Shown here: positions 18,469 through 28,606 of the stretch, one piece after another | How the letters are laid out: each line of letters starts with the position of its first letter | Numbering within the stretch: position 1 is the stretch's first letter | Assembly (NCBI GenBank): GCA_964390265.1 | Contig: CAYMHI010000001.1 | Location: forward strand, 8,345 to 72,344 | DNA length: 64,000 nt | Origin: an uncultured Candidatus Saccharibacteria bacterium | Lineage (GTDB): Bacteria > Patescibacteriota > Saccharimonadia > CAILAD01 > BJGX01 | Direction: 5' to 3' | Translations under genes and position numbers: made by a program | Notes under the pieces: generated by a model | What the model was told of the DNA's origin: nothing | Seen by the model: only the letters and a program-made list of their open reading frames with translations | Databases searched by the model: none

Positions 18469-19296
18469 ATGGAAAAGTTTAAAAAAATATTTAAAAAAGA
18501 TAAAAATGTGATTATTGGTGCACTGCACTTTGATCCTCTTTTGGGCTACAAAGATCACCCAGGCAAGTCTCAACTTGAACAAGATGCCATGGACGACCTT
18601 AATGCATTAATAGTCGGTGGTGTCGACGCAATTATTATTGAGAATAATTATGACTACCCACACAAGGAGAAGATTAGTTTAGAAAATCGCAAATACATGG
18701 TTGGGCTAGGCAAAAAAGTTGCCAGCAATTGCCAACTGCCAATTGGCGTGAGTGTGTTATGGAACGACTACGAGTCGGCATTTTATATCGCCAAAAAGAT
18801 CGGTGCTAAGTTTATTCGTGTACCCGTTTTTGTTGACGATGTAAAAACCAGCTATGGTAGTTTTTTGGCGAATCCCCAAAAAGTAACAAAAACAAGAAGC
18901 GATATGCGTGCGGATGATGTATTGATATTTGCAGATATTCAAGTCAAGCATGCTACCGTTTTACAACCCAGATCTATCGAGGTATCAGCGCAAGCCGCAA
19001 TAAATGCTGGCGCCGATGCAATAATTGTTACCGGAAACTGGACTGGAGAATCACCGGACGTAAGCGACCTCAAAAAAATTCACCACACAGCTAGTCAGTT
19101 TCCTATAATTATCGGCAGTGGTTTAAACGTAAGAAATGCGGTACGTTTACTTGGCTATTGCACCGGTGCGATTGTATCTACCTCTATTAAAGAAGGCAGG
19201 ACAAGGCGAAAAGAAGTTAATCTTAAAAGTTGGCATCAACGTATTAGTCCACAAAAGACTACCCAGCTAATGTTGAAAATAAAAAATCCCACCTAG
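18469..19296 (+). CDS. BtpA/SgcQ-family TIM-barrel protein (ribulose-phosphate-binding barrel superfamily)
   Basis: N-terminal VIIGALHFDPLLGY...DAIIIEN is typical of the BtpA family. The GGGAGA RBS is absent and spacing is weak. A hairpin at 18427-18447 precedes it. Confidence 0.5.
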   Translation: MEKFKKIFKKDKNVIIGALHFDPLLGYKDHPGKSQLEQDAMDDLNALIVGGVDAIIIENNYDYPHKEKISLENRKYMVGLGKKVASNCQLPIGVSVLWNDYESAFYIAKKIGAKFIRVPVFVDDVKTSYGSFLANPQKVTKTRSDMRADDVLIFADIQVKHATVLQPRSIEVSAQAAINAGADAIIVTGNWTGESPDVSDLKKIHHTASQFPIIIGSGLNVRNAVRLLGYCTGAIVSTSIKEGRTRRKEVNLKSWHQRISPQKTTQLMLKIKNPT

Positions 19297-19310
19297 TTTG
19301 AAACTAGGTG
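19285..19310 (+). terminator. Hairpin terminator after the BtpA-like gene
   Basis: cccacctagtttgaaactaggtggg. Confidence 0.6.
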
Positions 19311-19317
19311 GGCATTG

Positions 19318-19391
<74 letters not shown>

Positions 19392-19618
19392 GAGAGGAAA
19401 ACATCTAAATAGTTCTAGTGTACAGGCGAGTATCGTTGTCAAGTTGGGTTATTTGATGACTACAGACTTGCGCTCTATAGCTCTATTAATGTACGAAAAC
19501 AATTTTATCTTAATGCATACAATTTGTCAAGCATGTTTATGATTGCACAAATAATATTTTGGCTGTATAATCTATTCGACATCAGATCTTCTACGATAAC
19601 TCAAACGGAGGTAGCGCT

Positions 19619-19942
19619 ATGGGATCGGTCGTAATTGAACCTTGCAACAATCCACTTGCCAAGAACTTTGTTGTCGATTTCGTTATTTCAAACCGATGGG
19701 TTGAACATCTGGATAGCATACGTACCGAACACGAAAACGGTGCTGCGAAGTTTGACAGAATTGGTGAAGTTGGAACTAAAATAATCAAAGAGATATTCGC
19801 TTCATATAGCGATGAAAGCAAGCTGCTTTTGTTTATCTATCCCAGAAGGATACTGGTAGTTGTTAGTTTCGAAGAGCAGTGGCCAATGGTTGAAGCGCTG
19901 GTAACACGAGCTCTTGTAAATGGATCTCCTATACAATCTTGA
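19619..19942 (+). CDS. Hypothetical protein
   Basis: 107-aa ORF followed by a hairpin terminator (ctctagctgttatagctagag plus a T run). Confidence 0.4.
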   Translation: MGSVVIEPCNNPLAKNFVVDFVISNRWVEHLDSIRTEHENGAAKFDRIGEVGTKIIKEIFASYSDESKLLLFIYPRRILVVVSFEEQWPMVEALVTRALVNGSPIQS

Positions 19943-19984
19943 GAATTGATTGTGTACTCTAGCTGTTATAGCTAGAGTTTTTTA

Positions 19985-20012
19985 TTGACTTAGGGCGTGA
20001 TTCTAGTATAAT
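19985..20012 (+). promoter_or_regulatory. Sigma70-type promoter for trpS
   Basis: TTGACT, a 16-nt spacer and TATAAT. There is no T-box in the short leader. Confidence 0.6.
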
Positions 20013-20037
20013 CGCCAGTGACTTGCTTATTGGCAAG

Positions 20038-21066
20038 ATGAACCCTGACAAGAAAGGTAATAAAGTGGGAAGCACTGTGCTTTCAGGCATACGCGCAACA
20101 GGCCGGATGCATTTTGGGAATTTCGTAGGTGCAGTAGACAACTTTGTACGCTACCAAGCCAACCCAGAAAATACATGTATGTATTTCGTAGCTGACTTGC
20201 ATACGCTAACAACTCTTGAAGATCCAGAGGAACTTAGAAGAAATTTGGTTGAGATGGTAAAGGACTATTTGGCCGCGGGCCTTGATCCTGACAAATCAAT
20301 CATCTATGCTCAGTCAAGCATTCCAGAAATTCCTGAGTTGATGTTGCTCCTGGGTATGTTTCAACCTTTAGGCGAGCTACAACTAATCCCTACCTACAAA
20401 GATTTGGTGAAGAATAATCCCGACAGGATTACTCATGGCCTACTTTCTTACCCGGTGCTAATGGCGGCTGATATTTTGGGGCCCCAAGCCAACCTTGTCC
20501 CGGTCGGTAGCGACCAAAGTCCAAACGTAGAGCTTGCTCGCGATCTTGCGGTGAGGTTCAATAATCGATTTGGCACAACTTTTGCTGTGCCCGAAATGAT
20601 GAAAGAAATGGTAAAGGTACCTGGGCTGGATGGTCATAAGATGGGGAAGTCTTCCTCAGACAACGCTATCGGTATTGGCGATACTGCAGTAGAAATTCGC
20701 AGTAAATATCTCAAAAGAGGTATTACAGACACCAATAAAGCTCGTAAGAATGACCCTGGAGATCCATATAACGGATGTAAGTCGGTATATGCTGTACATG
20801 AGATGGTGACTGAGGGGGAGCGTGAAACTCGTACCATTGCCAATCTGTGCCGTAGTGGGCAAATTGGCTGCGTAGAATGTAAAAATATGTTGGTTGATGG
20901 TATTGCCGCAATTCTAGAACCATTCCAGCAGCGTAGAGCTGAGCTCGATAATCAGAACGACTACGTAACAGATGTTCTAGTAGAAGGTGGAAATGCTGCA
21001 CGAGCAGTAATTGCCCAAACGGTAGAAGATGTGCGTACAAAAATGGGGATCGTTAGATATGTCTAG
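20038..21066 (+). CDS. trpS: Tryptophanyl-tRNA synthetase with a Cys4 (probable 4Fe-4S) motif
   Basis: HFGN (HIGH-like) and KMGKS motifs and class I Trp/Tyr family length. Its C-x23-C-x6-C-x2-C motif is close to the Thermotoga TrpRS iron-sulfur motif C-x22-C-x6-C-x2-C. Confidence 0.85.
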   Translation: MNPDKKGNKVGSTVLSGIRATGRMHFGNFVGAVDNFVRYQANPENTCMYFVADLHTLTTLEDPEELRRNLVEMVKDYLAAGLDPDKSIIYAQSSIPEIPELMLLLGMFQPLGELQLIPTYKDLVKNNPDRITHGLLSYPVLMAADILGPQANLVPVGSDQSPNVELARDLAVRFNNRFGTTFAVPEMMKEMVKVPGLDGHKMGKSSSDNAIGIGDTAVEIRSKYLKRGITDTNKARKNDPGDPYNGCKSVYAVHEMVTEGERETRTIANLCRSGQIGCVECKNMLVDGIAAILEPFQQRRAELDNQNDYVTDVLVEGGNAARAVIAQTVEDVRTKMGIVRYV

Positions 21067-22228
21067 TCAAAACACTGAAATTAATTGGCGTGCCAAACTG
21101 TTACAAACAGGTGCAGATTTAGCCGTACTAGACTCACTACTTGTGGGTATTTATCTAAAAAGAGTTGAAGTTGCTCATAGAGTAATTCAGGCCAAGGTAG
21201 GTATAGCATTACAAGAAGGTGTTCAAGACGAACTTCCTTATGGGCCGCAAATATTCGCGCCCGATAGAGAAGACATGCGTCTAGACGTGGTAGCAGAATT
21301 GGCCAGAACGTATGGAGTTAACCCTAATTTTGCCAGAGCGATGGAGTATTGGTTGATAGATGAGGGCTGCAAGGTGCAGGCTGATTTTTTGCAGACAGGC
21401 AGAGTACGTCTTGAGCCAGCAACTCAAGACGAGATGCGCAGAAATCTCTTAGAGCTCACTGCACAAGTAGCTGATACATACGATGAAAGCTACGACGGTC
21501 TTTATCCGGCGACTCATGAGTACTTGCGCTATGAGAGCGATGTGTTGCATGCTTTGCTGTCTCAATTACCAAGTCGCCATTTGGCACTAGACTTGGGTTG
21601 TGCGACCGCTGGATTCACCCTAAAATACGCCGACAAGTTTGAAGATGTTGTAGCTGTAGATATTAGTCCAGATATGTGCAGAGTAGCTTCCGATAAAGTT
21701 GAGCATGCAGCTTCAAATATCACTGTCATCCAAGGAGATATTGAGTCAGATGCCTTTTGGGATCAGATTGCAAATAACTCTGTGTGTCTAGTGACTATGT
21801 CTTTTGGTACAGCCAGCGATGTAAGCGATATTGGCTACGTCATTCGGCAGATAGATAGAGTGTTACGTCGAGGCGGCAAAGCGTTACTTTCTTTCTACAA
21901 CAGAGATGCATTGGTCTATAGTTTTGACTTTCTACCTTGGCGAGCCTCGTTGGCTGCCGTGTTAGACCCTGGCCTTAAGACGCTGACCGTAAATACCACC
22001 TATGTCTTGTCGGCAAATGCATATTCTCCAGAAGAGATTTACGATATGAGAATGCCAAACTCGATTCACATCAAAACACTAACCACATTTCCGACACTAC
22101 TGCCAGTAGTGCCACCAGAGACGTGTAGTAACCCAGTGGTAGAAGAACGATTCTTGAAACTGGACCTTGAACGTGCTGCTGGAGGCGGCGAAGACGGTGC
22201 ATACATAGTATGTGTATTGTCTAAATAG
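21060..22228 (+). CDS. Two-domain protein with an unknown N-domain and a class I SAM-dependent methyltransferase domain. It is translationally coupled to trpS.
   Basis: ATGTCTAG overlap with the trpS stop. Motif I is LDLGCATAGFT and the post-I Asp is VAVDIS. Confidence 0.7.
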
Positions 22229-22233
22229 TATAA

Positions 22234-22262
22234 AAAAATAGCTAGATACAATTTTGTATCTA
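22234..22262. terminator. Bidirectional hairpin terminator between convergent genes
   Basis: tagctagatacaattttgtatctagct flanked by A/T runs. Confidence 0.6.
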
Positions 22263-22271
22263 GCTTTTATT

Positions 22272-23006
22272 TTATACATATACCTCTTGAACACTAGATG
22301 CGTAAAAACCTTGGTGTCCTTCGGTAGTGGCGTAGTTTGTGCCATTGATCAAAAAAGGGTGAACCGTTTGACCATCTAGTACAAAGGGCTGAAAGCTACC
22401 CGAAGTAATGGGTATATCTACATCAAGTGGAATTTTACCTCCAAAATGATAAATCTCACGTCGTTTTGGCTTACGTCGTTTATTGTTTAGTAACCCTACG
22501 ACAACTCTATGAACTATATCGACTGCGTGAACTGTTTGCGAGAAATCATAGCTAAACTCCAAGCCAACGCCAGAAGCAATGGCATCGATGGTTGCGCCGG
22601 CATTTTCGGGCATTTTGAAAATATGACTTGCATCTGTATGGTTTAAAATGCGCGCAACTTCTGGAGTATACGTAGATATAATTGGTGCGTAAGTATCTAG
22701 ACTAGACTCTGTAGTATGAATATCTATCATAAATCTAGTATGCATCATTAACTGGGTAATCTGGTGCGCTAGACAATGTTCAGAGTCACCATTAGGGTCT
22801 CCGGGGTAAATTCTATTGAGATTAGAATCTACTTGTCTTAACCCGAGCCTATAGGCCTCTTCATTGCAAAGTATAATGAGTAGCTCGGGATATTTTTCAA
22901 TATCGGCAAAATATCTATCAAATACTCTTTTGCCAAATACTTCATCTCCGTGAGTACAGCAGAGGATTGTAAGGGTTGGGTTGAGTGTGTTTCCTGCAAC
23001 GCGCAT
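22272..23006 (-). CDS. Succinylglutamate desuccinylase/aspartoacylase (AstE/AspA) family zinc deacylase
   Basis: CCTHGDEVFG matches the family HGNE zinc motif and has a conserved downstream His/Glu. Confidence 0.6.
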   Translation of the reverse strand: MRVAGNTLNPTLTILCCTHGDEVFGKRVFDRYFADIEKYPELLIILCNEEAYRLGLRQVDSNLNRIYPGDPNGDSEHCLAHQITQLMMHTRFMIDIHTTESSLDTYAPIISTYTPEVARILNHTDASHIFKMPENAGATIDAIASGVGLEFSYDFSQTVHAVDIVHRVVVGLLNNKRRKPKRREIYHFGGKIPLDVDIPITSGSFQPFVLDGQTVHPFLINGTNYATTEGHQGFYASSVQEVYV

Positions 23007-23109
23007 TACATGTCCTTGTGTTGAGGGCTATGACTGCTCGAGTATAAAATAACCTACTCCTATATGTCAAATTAAGATAATAACTAAAAAGCGTGTTAAA
23101 ATAATACCT

Positions 23110-24519
23110 ATGAAATCAAACGAATTTGAATATTTACTACGCAGCAATACAAGTAAGAAAACAATTGCAACTCGCAAAGACGATTTTGCTCAGTGGTACC
23201 AAGATGTTATAAGCGTTGCCGACTTGGCCGAGAATGGCCCTAGCAAAGGCAGTATGATTATTAAGCCTTATGGATATGCAATTTGGCAAAACATTCAGGC
23301 TGAGCTTGATAAGCGAATTAAAGCAGTGGGCGTTCCGAATATGTATTTTCCGTTGCTTATACCAGATGGTTTATTGCAAAAAGAAGCTAGCCACATTGAG
23401 GGTTTTGCACCCGAGGTTGCAGTTGTAACACACGCTGGCGGTAAAGAGCTAGAAGAAAAACTCATTGTGCGCCCCACTAGCGAAACTATAATGTACGATA
23501 GTTTTTCGCGCTGGATACAAAGTTATCGCGACTTACCACTGCTTACCAATCAATGGGCCAATGTAGTGCGTTGGGAGCTGCGCCCAAGATTATTTTTACG
23601 TAGCACAGAGTTTTTGTGGCAAGAGGGCCACACAGCGCATGCTTCTGCGCAAGAAGCCGATGATTTTGCCAAAAAAATATTAGAGCTCTACAAAGACGTA
23701 GCCGAGAATGTTTTGGCTATTGCTACTGTGGCTGGAGAAAAAACTGAAGCTGAGAGATTTGCAGGTGCAGCCAAAACTTACACCTTAGAGCCAATGATGC
23801 AAGACGGTAAAGCGCTGCAGTTTGCTACCTCGCACAATCTGGGCGATAACTTTGCCAAAGTATTTGATATCAAATATTCTGATGAGAACGGAAATCAAAA
23901 AGCAGTTTGGCAAACAAGTTGGGGTATGAGTACGCGCTCAATTGGCGGTCTAATAATGAGCCATAGCGACGACAAGGGTCTGGTATTACCACCCAATATT
24001 GCGCCTCTAAAAGTTGTTATTACTACAGTTGGGCCATTAGATAATGATGTAGTGAAAAAAGCTAATGCAATTACTGAAGATATTGAACAGACCACTTTGG
24101 TAGATGCGCGCGAAATAAGTCCTGGTGAAAAATTCTATGCTCACGAAAAACGCGGAGTACCAATTAGAGTAGAAATTGGTCCACGCGATATCAAAGAAAA
24201 CCAAGCCATATTGGTGTTAAGAGATACGGGTGAAAAAATTACTGTAGCACTAAGTGATTTAACCAAAGAAGTAACTTCACAACTTGCAGCTATGCAGAAT
24301 CGTTTATTTAGCGCTACTCAAGAAAGGCTCAAACAAAATACTGTCGTAGCCAAAGACGAAGCCGAAGCGATTGAAGCCGTAAAAAATGATAAATTTGCCC
24401 GCGTAAGTTTTAGGGTTGATACTACTACCGAAGAGCGGCTAAAAAAAGATCACGGTATCACGGTACGTTGTTACCCTTTCGATAGTGAGGGTTCAACAAT
24501 TCTTGCCAAGACTTATTAG
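23110..24519 (+). CDS. proS: Prolyl-tRNA synthetase, archaeal/eukaryotic type
   Basis: Class II motifs, no INS editing domain, a C-terminal zinc-binding domain, and 469 aa. Confidence 0.85.
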   Translation: MKSNEFEYLLRSNTSKKTIATRKDDFAQWYQDVISVADLAENGPSKGSMIIKPYGYAIWQNIQAELDKRIKAVGVPNMYFPLLIPDGLLQKEASHIEGFAPEVAVVTHAGGKELEEKLIVRPTSETIMYDSFSRWIQSYRDLPLLTNQWANVVRWELRPRLFLRSTEFLWQEGHTAHASAQEADDFAKKILELYKDVAENVLAIATVAGEKTEAERFAGAAKTYTLEPMMQDGKALQFATSHNLGDNFAKVFDIKYSDENGNQKAVWQTSWGMSTRSIGGLIMSHSDDKGLVLPPNIAPLKVVITTVGPLDNDVVKKANAITEDIEQTTLVDAREISPGEKFYAHEKRGVPIRVEIGPRDIKENQAILVLRDTGEKITVALSDLTKEVTSQLAAMQNRLFSATQERLKQNTVVAKDEAEAIEAVKNDKFARVSFRVDTTTEERLKKDHGITVRCYPFDSEGSTILAKTY

Positions 24520-24524
24520 TAGCA

Positions 24525-24815
24525 ATGAGTAAGAACTTTATTAAATTAAAAGAAGACTTTGTTTGTGAGAAGTGTGGGCAAAAGGTTGAAGGTACTGGTT
24601 ATACCAACCACTGTCCAAATTGTTTATGGTCGCGTCACGTCGATATACAGCCCGGCGATAGAGCAAGTGAGTGTTGTGGCATGATGCGTCCTAGCCTAGA
24701 ATACGTAAAAGGTAGTGAGTACACACTCAAACATACTTGCGTAAAATGCGGGCACGCAAAGATTAATAAGGCTAGCAAAAACGATGATATTAATAAGATA
24801 ATTGAACTAAAATAG
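24525..24815 (+). CDS. RNHCP-domain zinc-ribbon protein
   Basis: YTNHCPNCLWSRH plus CEKCG and CVKCGH Cys pairs. Confidence 0.6.
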   Translation: MSKNFIKLKEDFVCEKCGQKVEGTGYTNHCPNCLWSRHVDIQPGDRASECCGMMRPSLEYVKGSEYTLKHTCVKCGHAKINKASKNDDINKIIELK

Positions 24816-24837
24816 ACTTTAATTTAACAGGTAAAAC

Positions 24838-26124
24838 ATGAAACACACGGTTGAAATATTACAGCTTAAAGGCGGCAGTAAATTTTTATTAGTAAATGCC
24901 CCCGGCGCCTCGGGTTTTTTGATGAGTACTTTTGTTCGAGGTGGTACCAAGTATACTCCAAAAGACAAATTTGAAATTGCACACCTACTAGAACATTTGG
25001 CCTTTAATGGTACCAGTCAGCTACCAAGCAAAATGGAGTTTGCCTACGAGGTAGAAAAAGACGGCGCCTACACTAATGCCACAACCTCAGACAACACCAT
25101 TAATTATATATATGAATCTTCGATTAAAGAGTATAAGCGCATAGTCGATATTGCCTGTGGTCAGCTAAGCTCGCCTGTTTTTAATCAAAAAGACTTAGAG
25201 AGCGAAAAAGAAGTTATAAAAAGCGAACTTTCGCGCAAACTTACTACAGACAGATCGCGCTGTGGTTATAATGGCGTCTACTTAAAGCTTGCCAAACATT
25301 CTTTACCAATTTCTAAGCGAATAGAAACTCTTCAAAATATTAATCTGCAGGATATTAAGAACTATCACAAAAAATATCATGTACTAAAAAATTTAACAAT
25401 CATTGTAGCAGGAGACTTCACTACTAATTCTAAAAAAGATTTAATAGATAAGCTAAACAACAATTTGGCTAGCATGCCTGTAGGCCTAGAAACGCCCTAT
25501 AAAAATACTATAAATTTGTCGGCAGTAAAAACTATTAGTGTTCAAAAACCTAAGTTTGATGGCCAAACCAACATGAGTTTTGACTTATTGCAGCCCAAGT
25601 ATGATATGTCTGTAGATGCAGCTATGCGGGTATTGAGAATAATGTATGGTGTGGGGGAGTTCTCAAGATTACACGACAAAGCTAGATCGGCTGGGTTGAG
25701 TTATGGAGTTTCGGTAGGTTATAGCCTAACCAAAGAGATAAGTACATTTGGCTTCTCGGATCAAACAGAAGACGCCAAGGCTTTTGCCCTGTATGAACTC
25801 TGCTTGCGCGAGCTCAACGCCATACTTAACGGTAATTTTACTCAAAAAGAATTTGATAGAGCAGTGGGTTTTATTCGTGGTCGTTTTGAACGCAGCTATG
25901 ATAGAGCTGAAGAGTTGGGTTATTACTATGAAGATATTTTTATAGATGGCGATGAGTTAATTGGGCCTGATGAATTTGTGGGCTTAATAAACAAACTCAA
26001 ACCAGCCGACATTGTGGCACTAAATAAAACCTTTGTTAAAAAAGGAAGCTGGATACTTTCGCTAGTTGGTAACAACATTAATAAGTCGGCTTATAAAAAA
26101 GTAACTGAAAAATATTTTGGTTGA
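24838..26124 (+). CDS. M16-family (pitrilysin-like) zinc peptidase
   Basis: HLLEHLAFNGT inverted zincin HxxEH motif. Confidence 0.75.
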   Translation: MKHTVEILQLKGGSKFLLVNAPGASGFLMSTFVRGGTKYTPKDKFEIAHLLEHLAFNGTSQLPSKMEFAYEVEKDGAYTNATTSDNTINYIYESSIKEYKRIVDIACGQLSSPVFNQKDLESEKEVIKSELSRKLTTDRSRCGYNGVYLKLAKHSLPISKRIETLQNINLQDIKNYHKKYHVLKNLTIIVAGDFTTNSKKDLIDKLNNNLASMPVGLETPYKNTINLSAVKTISVQKPKFDGQTNMSFDLLQPKYDMSVDAAMRVLRIMYGVGEFSRLHDKARSAGLSYGVSVGYSLTKEISTFGFSDQTEDAKAFALYELCLRELNAILNGNFTQKEFDRAVGFIRGRFERSYDRAEELGYYYEDIFIDGDELIGPDEFVGLINKLKPADIVALNKTFVKKGSWILSLVGNNINKSAYKKVTEKYFG

Positions 26125-26186
26125 ACAATATTTGAACAAATAGAAATTTCACATTTAAGCTTATTCAATCTATAATAAAGTTAACA

Positions 26187-27344
26187 ATGAAAGCTACAAA
26201 CAATATAAAACATGCAAGCGACCCATTTACCTATCAGTCCCTTGCTAAACTAAACTATAAAACTCCGTTTCTTATTATCGATACTGATAGACTGGCAAAA
26301 CGGTACAAGGAGTTTAATACATATTTAAAGAGAGTGAATTTGCACTATGCTGTTAAGTGCAACCCAGATATTGGTGTACTCAAGAAACTTAATGATTTGG
26401 GGTCGGGGTTTGAAGTTGCGTCTTACAATGAGTGTAGTGCGCTCGAAAATATTGGAGTAAATACTTCAAAAATAATTTATAGTGCACCAGTAAAACCAGC
26501 TGACGATATTAAAAAGGCGTACAAAGCCGGCGTGAGTAGATTTGCAGTTGATTGCTTTAGCGAAGTAGAAAAAGTGGCAAAAAATGCTCCTGGCTCAAAA
26601 GTATATGTGCGTGTTGCTGTGAGTGATTTAGGCTCTAAATGGCCACTTTCACAAAAATTTGGGGCTCCGCCACGCGAGGTAATTGAACTAATGGAGTATG
26701 CTAAGTCGCTGTGTTTACAAACGTATGGACTTACCTTTCATATCGGTTCACAATCTACCGAAACCAATAGCTGGGATTTTGCTCTTCAAACCATTGGAAA
26801 CTTAATGGATGAGCTTACTCAAAAGGGAATCAAAATAGAAATGGTTGATATCGGTGGTGGTTTCCCTGCCAAATATACCGAAGACGTACCAGAGCTTGAC
26901 GAAATTTCGTTGGTTATTAAAAAAGCTATTAAAAAACACTTACCATACGAAGTTAAGATTATTGCAGAACCAGGGCGCGGCTTGGTAGCCGAAGCTGGCT
27001 TAATTGTGTCTTCAGTATTGAGCCGGACTATAAGAGGCAATAAAAACTGGCTTTATTTAGATATTGGCGCTTACAATGGTCTGATAGAAACCACTTCAAC
27101 CCAGGGATCACTCGTTTACCCCATTAGATCATCAAAAGATAACTCTAAGGATGGTAAGTCTAAACTGAGTTATGTAATTACGGGTCCTACTTGTGATAGT
27201 CTCGACACTATGTTTGGAGGTGTACAGCTTGCAAAAAACCTCGCAATAGACGACCATATATATATTGGCTCAGCGGGTGCTTACACGTTGAGCTACGCAT
27301 CTTCATTTAATGGTTTTAAGCCACCAAAAGTCTACTATGTTTAA
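26187..27344 (+). CDS. Ornithine/lysine/arginine decarboxylase (fold-III PLP, eukaryotic-ODC-like)
   Basis: HYAVKCNPD (PLP-Lys motif), GGGFP and GPTCDSLD motifs. Confidence 0.8.
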   Translation: MKATNNIKHASDPFTYQSLAKLNYKTPFLIIDTDRLAKRYKEFNTYLKRVNLHYAVKCNPDIGVLKKLNDLGSGFEVASYNECSALENIGVNTSKIIYSAPVKPADDIKKAYKAGVSRFAVDCFSEVEKVAKNAPGSKVYVRVAVSDLGSKWPLSQKFGAPPREVIELMEYAKSLCLQTYGLTFHIGSQSTETNSWDFALQTIGNLMDELTQKGIKIEMVDIGGGFPAKYTEDVPELDEISLVIKKAIKKHLPYEVKIIAEPGRGLVAEAGLIVSSVLSRTIRGNKNWLYLDIGAYNGLIETTSTQGSLVYPIRSSKDNSKDGKSKLSYVITGPTCDSLDTMFGGVQLAKNLAIDDHIYIGSAGAYTLSYASSFNGFKPPKVYYV

Positions 27345-27352
27345 GGAGTGTC

Positions 27353-28573
27353 ATGAGTGAACCAAACGGCCTAGATGGCCAAGCTGAACCTACTGAAGAA
27401 CGTAAGGGATTAGAACCATTAGAACCAAAGCAGCCTAAGCAATTAGACTGGAGTGAATATCGCAAAATTGCCGACCAAAAAGCTATTGGTGTTCGAAAAG
27501 TTGGATTGCTAGATGAAAAGCAAGCTATACAGGCATTAAGTGATGAGCGCACTATTACCATACCGACCGAAATTGGCGATATACCAATCTTTACCCCTAT
27601 TGAATATGCCTCGGGTTTTGATGTCGATAGAGCTACTGGAATTGCCCGAAATCACACAATGGGGCAAGTTGAAGCACTTTATTACTTTTGTGTGCCACCA
27701 AATTTACTCGCGGAAGAAACTCACTACCAAATAATTGTTGACAACCTCAAGAGGCTTAGCAGTCATCAAGTAGGGATTTACTTTGATTTTGTCGAAAATG
27801 ATCCAAAGTCTAGAGATGAACTGTTGGCTCTCTTAAGCAAGACCGGGGTTGACTACAGCGAAATTGCTTTGCACGATGGCCGATCAGAACATGGCGATCG
27901 AGACGTATCTATTAATTTTTATAGATGCGTAACTTCGCGAACAGAAATGAAACCTACAGATCTCCCCAACATAGATATCTATGAAGCTTATACAAGGGCA
28001 TGTGAAATGGGTGAATTCGAATATATGCCAAGAGATGGAGCAGCAATACTAAAAGGTAGTGAGCTACAAGTTGATTTAGTTGAAAAGCTATGGGAGATAT
28101 ATCAAAATCGTTTTGAATGGCTTGGTGAGAATCATCCCATTTCAATGGAGGACGAGAAAGATCAATTTATCGAAGCACTAAAAGATAACAATACTACGCT
28201 TAGTATATTTTTTAAAGATGGTGAGCCAGTGTGCTGGACGTATTTCACAACCAACACAGAAGCTGAATACTGGCTCAATAAATCATTTATTCAAAAACAT
28301 ATTGAGCCTGGTACTGAACTACTATTCTTTCCAGGTATAGTTGCTAAAAAGATCGATGATATGGCTGGTTTTTCTGAACCTACGCTGAAGTTGGCTGCGC
28401 AAATGATTGGTCGTACTAGCCGAGACTATACAGTAATGTTTGAAAATACTGGTGTATCGGAGGAGTATATACCTAGGCTCGTCAAAGAATATGCCGATTC
28501 CTCTGAAACAATAACAGTAGATTTACCAGTTAAGATAGATAACACTTTATATGGACTGGTAATAACCAACTAA
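27353..28573 (+). CDS. Hypothetical protein, probably co-transcribed with the decarboxylase
   Basis: 8-nt gap after the decarboxylase stop, followed by a bidirectional terminator. No recognisable motif. Confidence 0.5.
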   Translation: MSEPNGLDGQAEPTEERKGLEPLEPKQPKQLDWSEYRKIADQKAIGVRKVGLLDEKQAIQALSDERTITIPTEIGDIPIFTPIEYASGFDVDRATGIARNHTMGQVEALYYFCVPPNLLAEETHYQIIVDNLKRLSSHQVGIYFDFVENDPKSRDELLALLSKTGVDYSEIALHDGRSEHGDRDVSINFYRCVTSRTEMKPTDLPNIDIYEAYTRACEMGEFEYMPRDGAAILKGSELQVDLVEKLWEIYQNRFEWLGENHPISMEDEKDQFIEALKDNNTTLSIFFKDGEPVCWTYFTTNTEAEYWLNKSFIQKHIEPGTELLFFPGIVAKKIDDMAGFSEPTLKLAAQMIGRTSRDYTVMFENTGVSEEYIPRLVKEYADSSETITVDLPVKIDNTLYGLVITN

Positions 28574-28606
28574 TAGCCAAGGTTTACTTGGCTTTTTTAT
28601 ATATAA
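28572..28606. terminator. Bidirectional terminator
   Basis: agccaaggtttacttggct plus T7. Confidence 0.6.
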
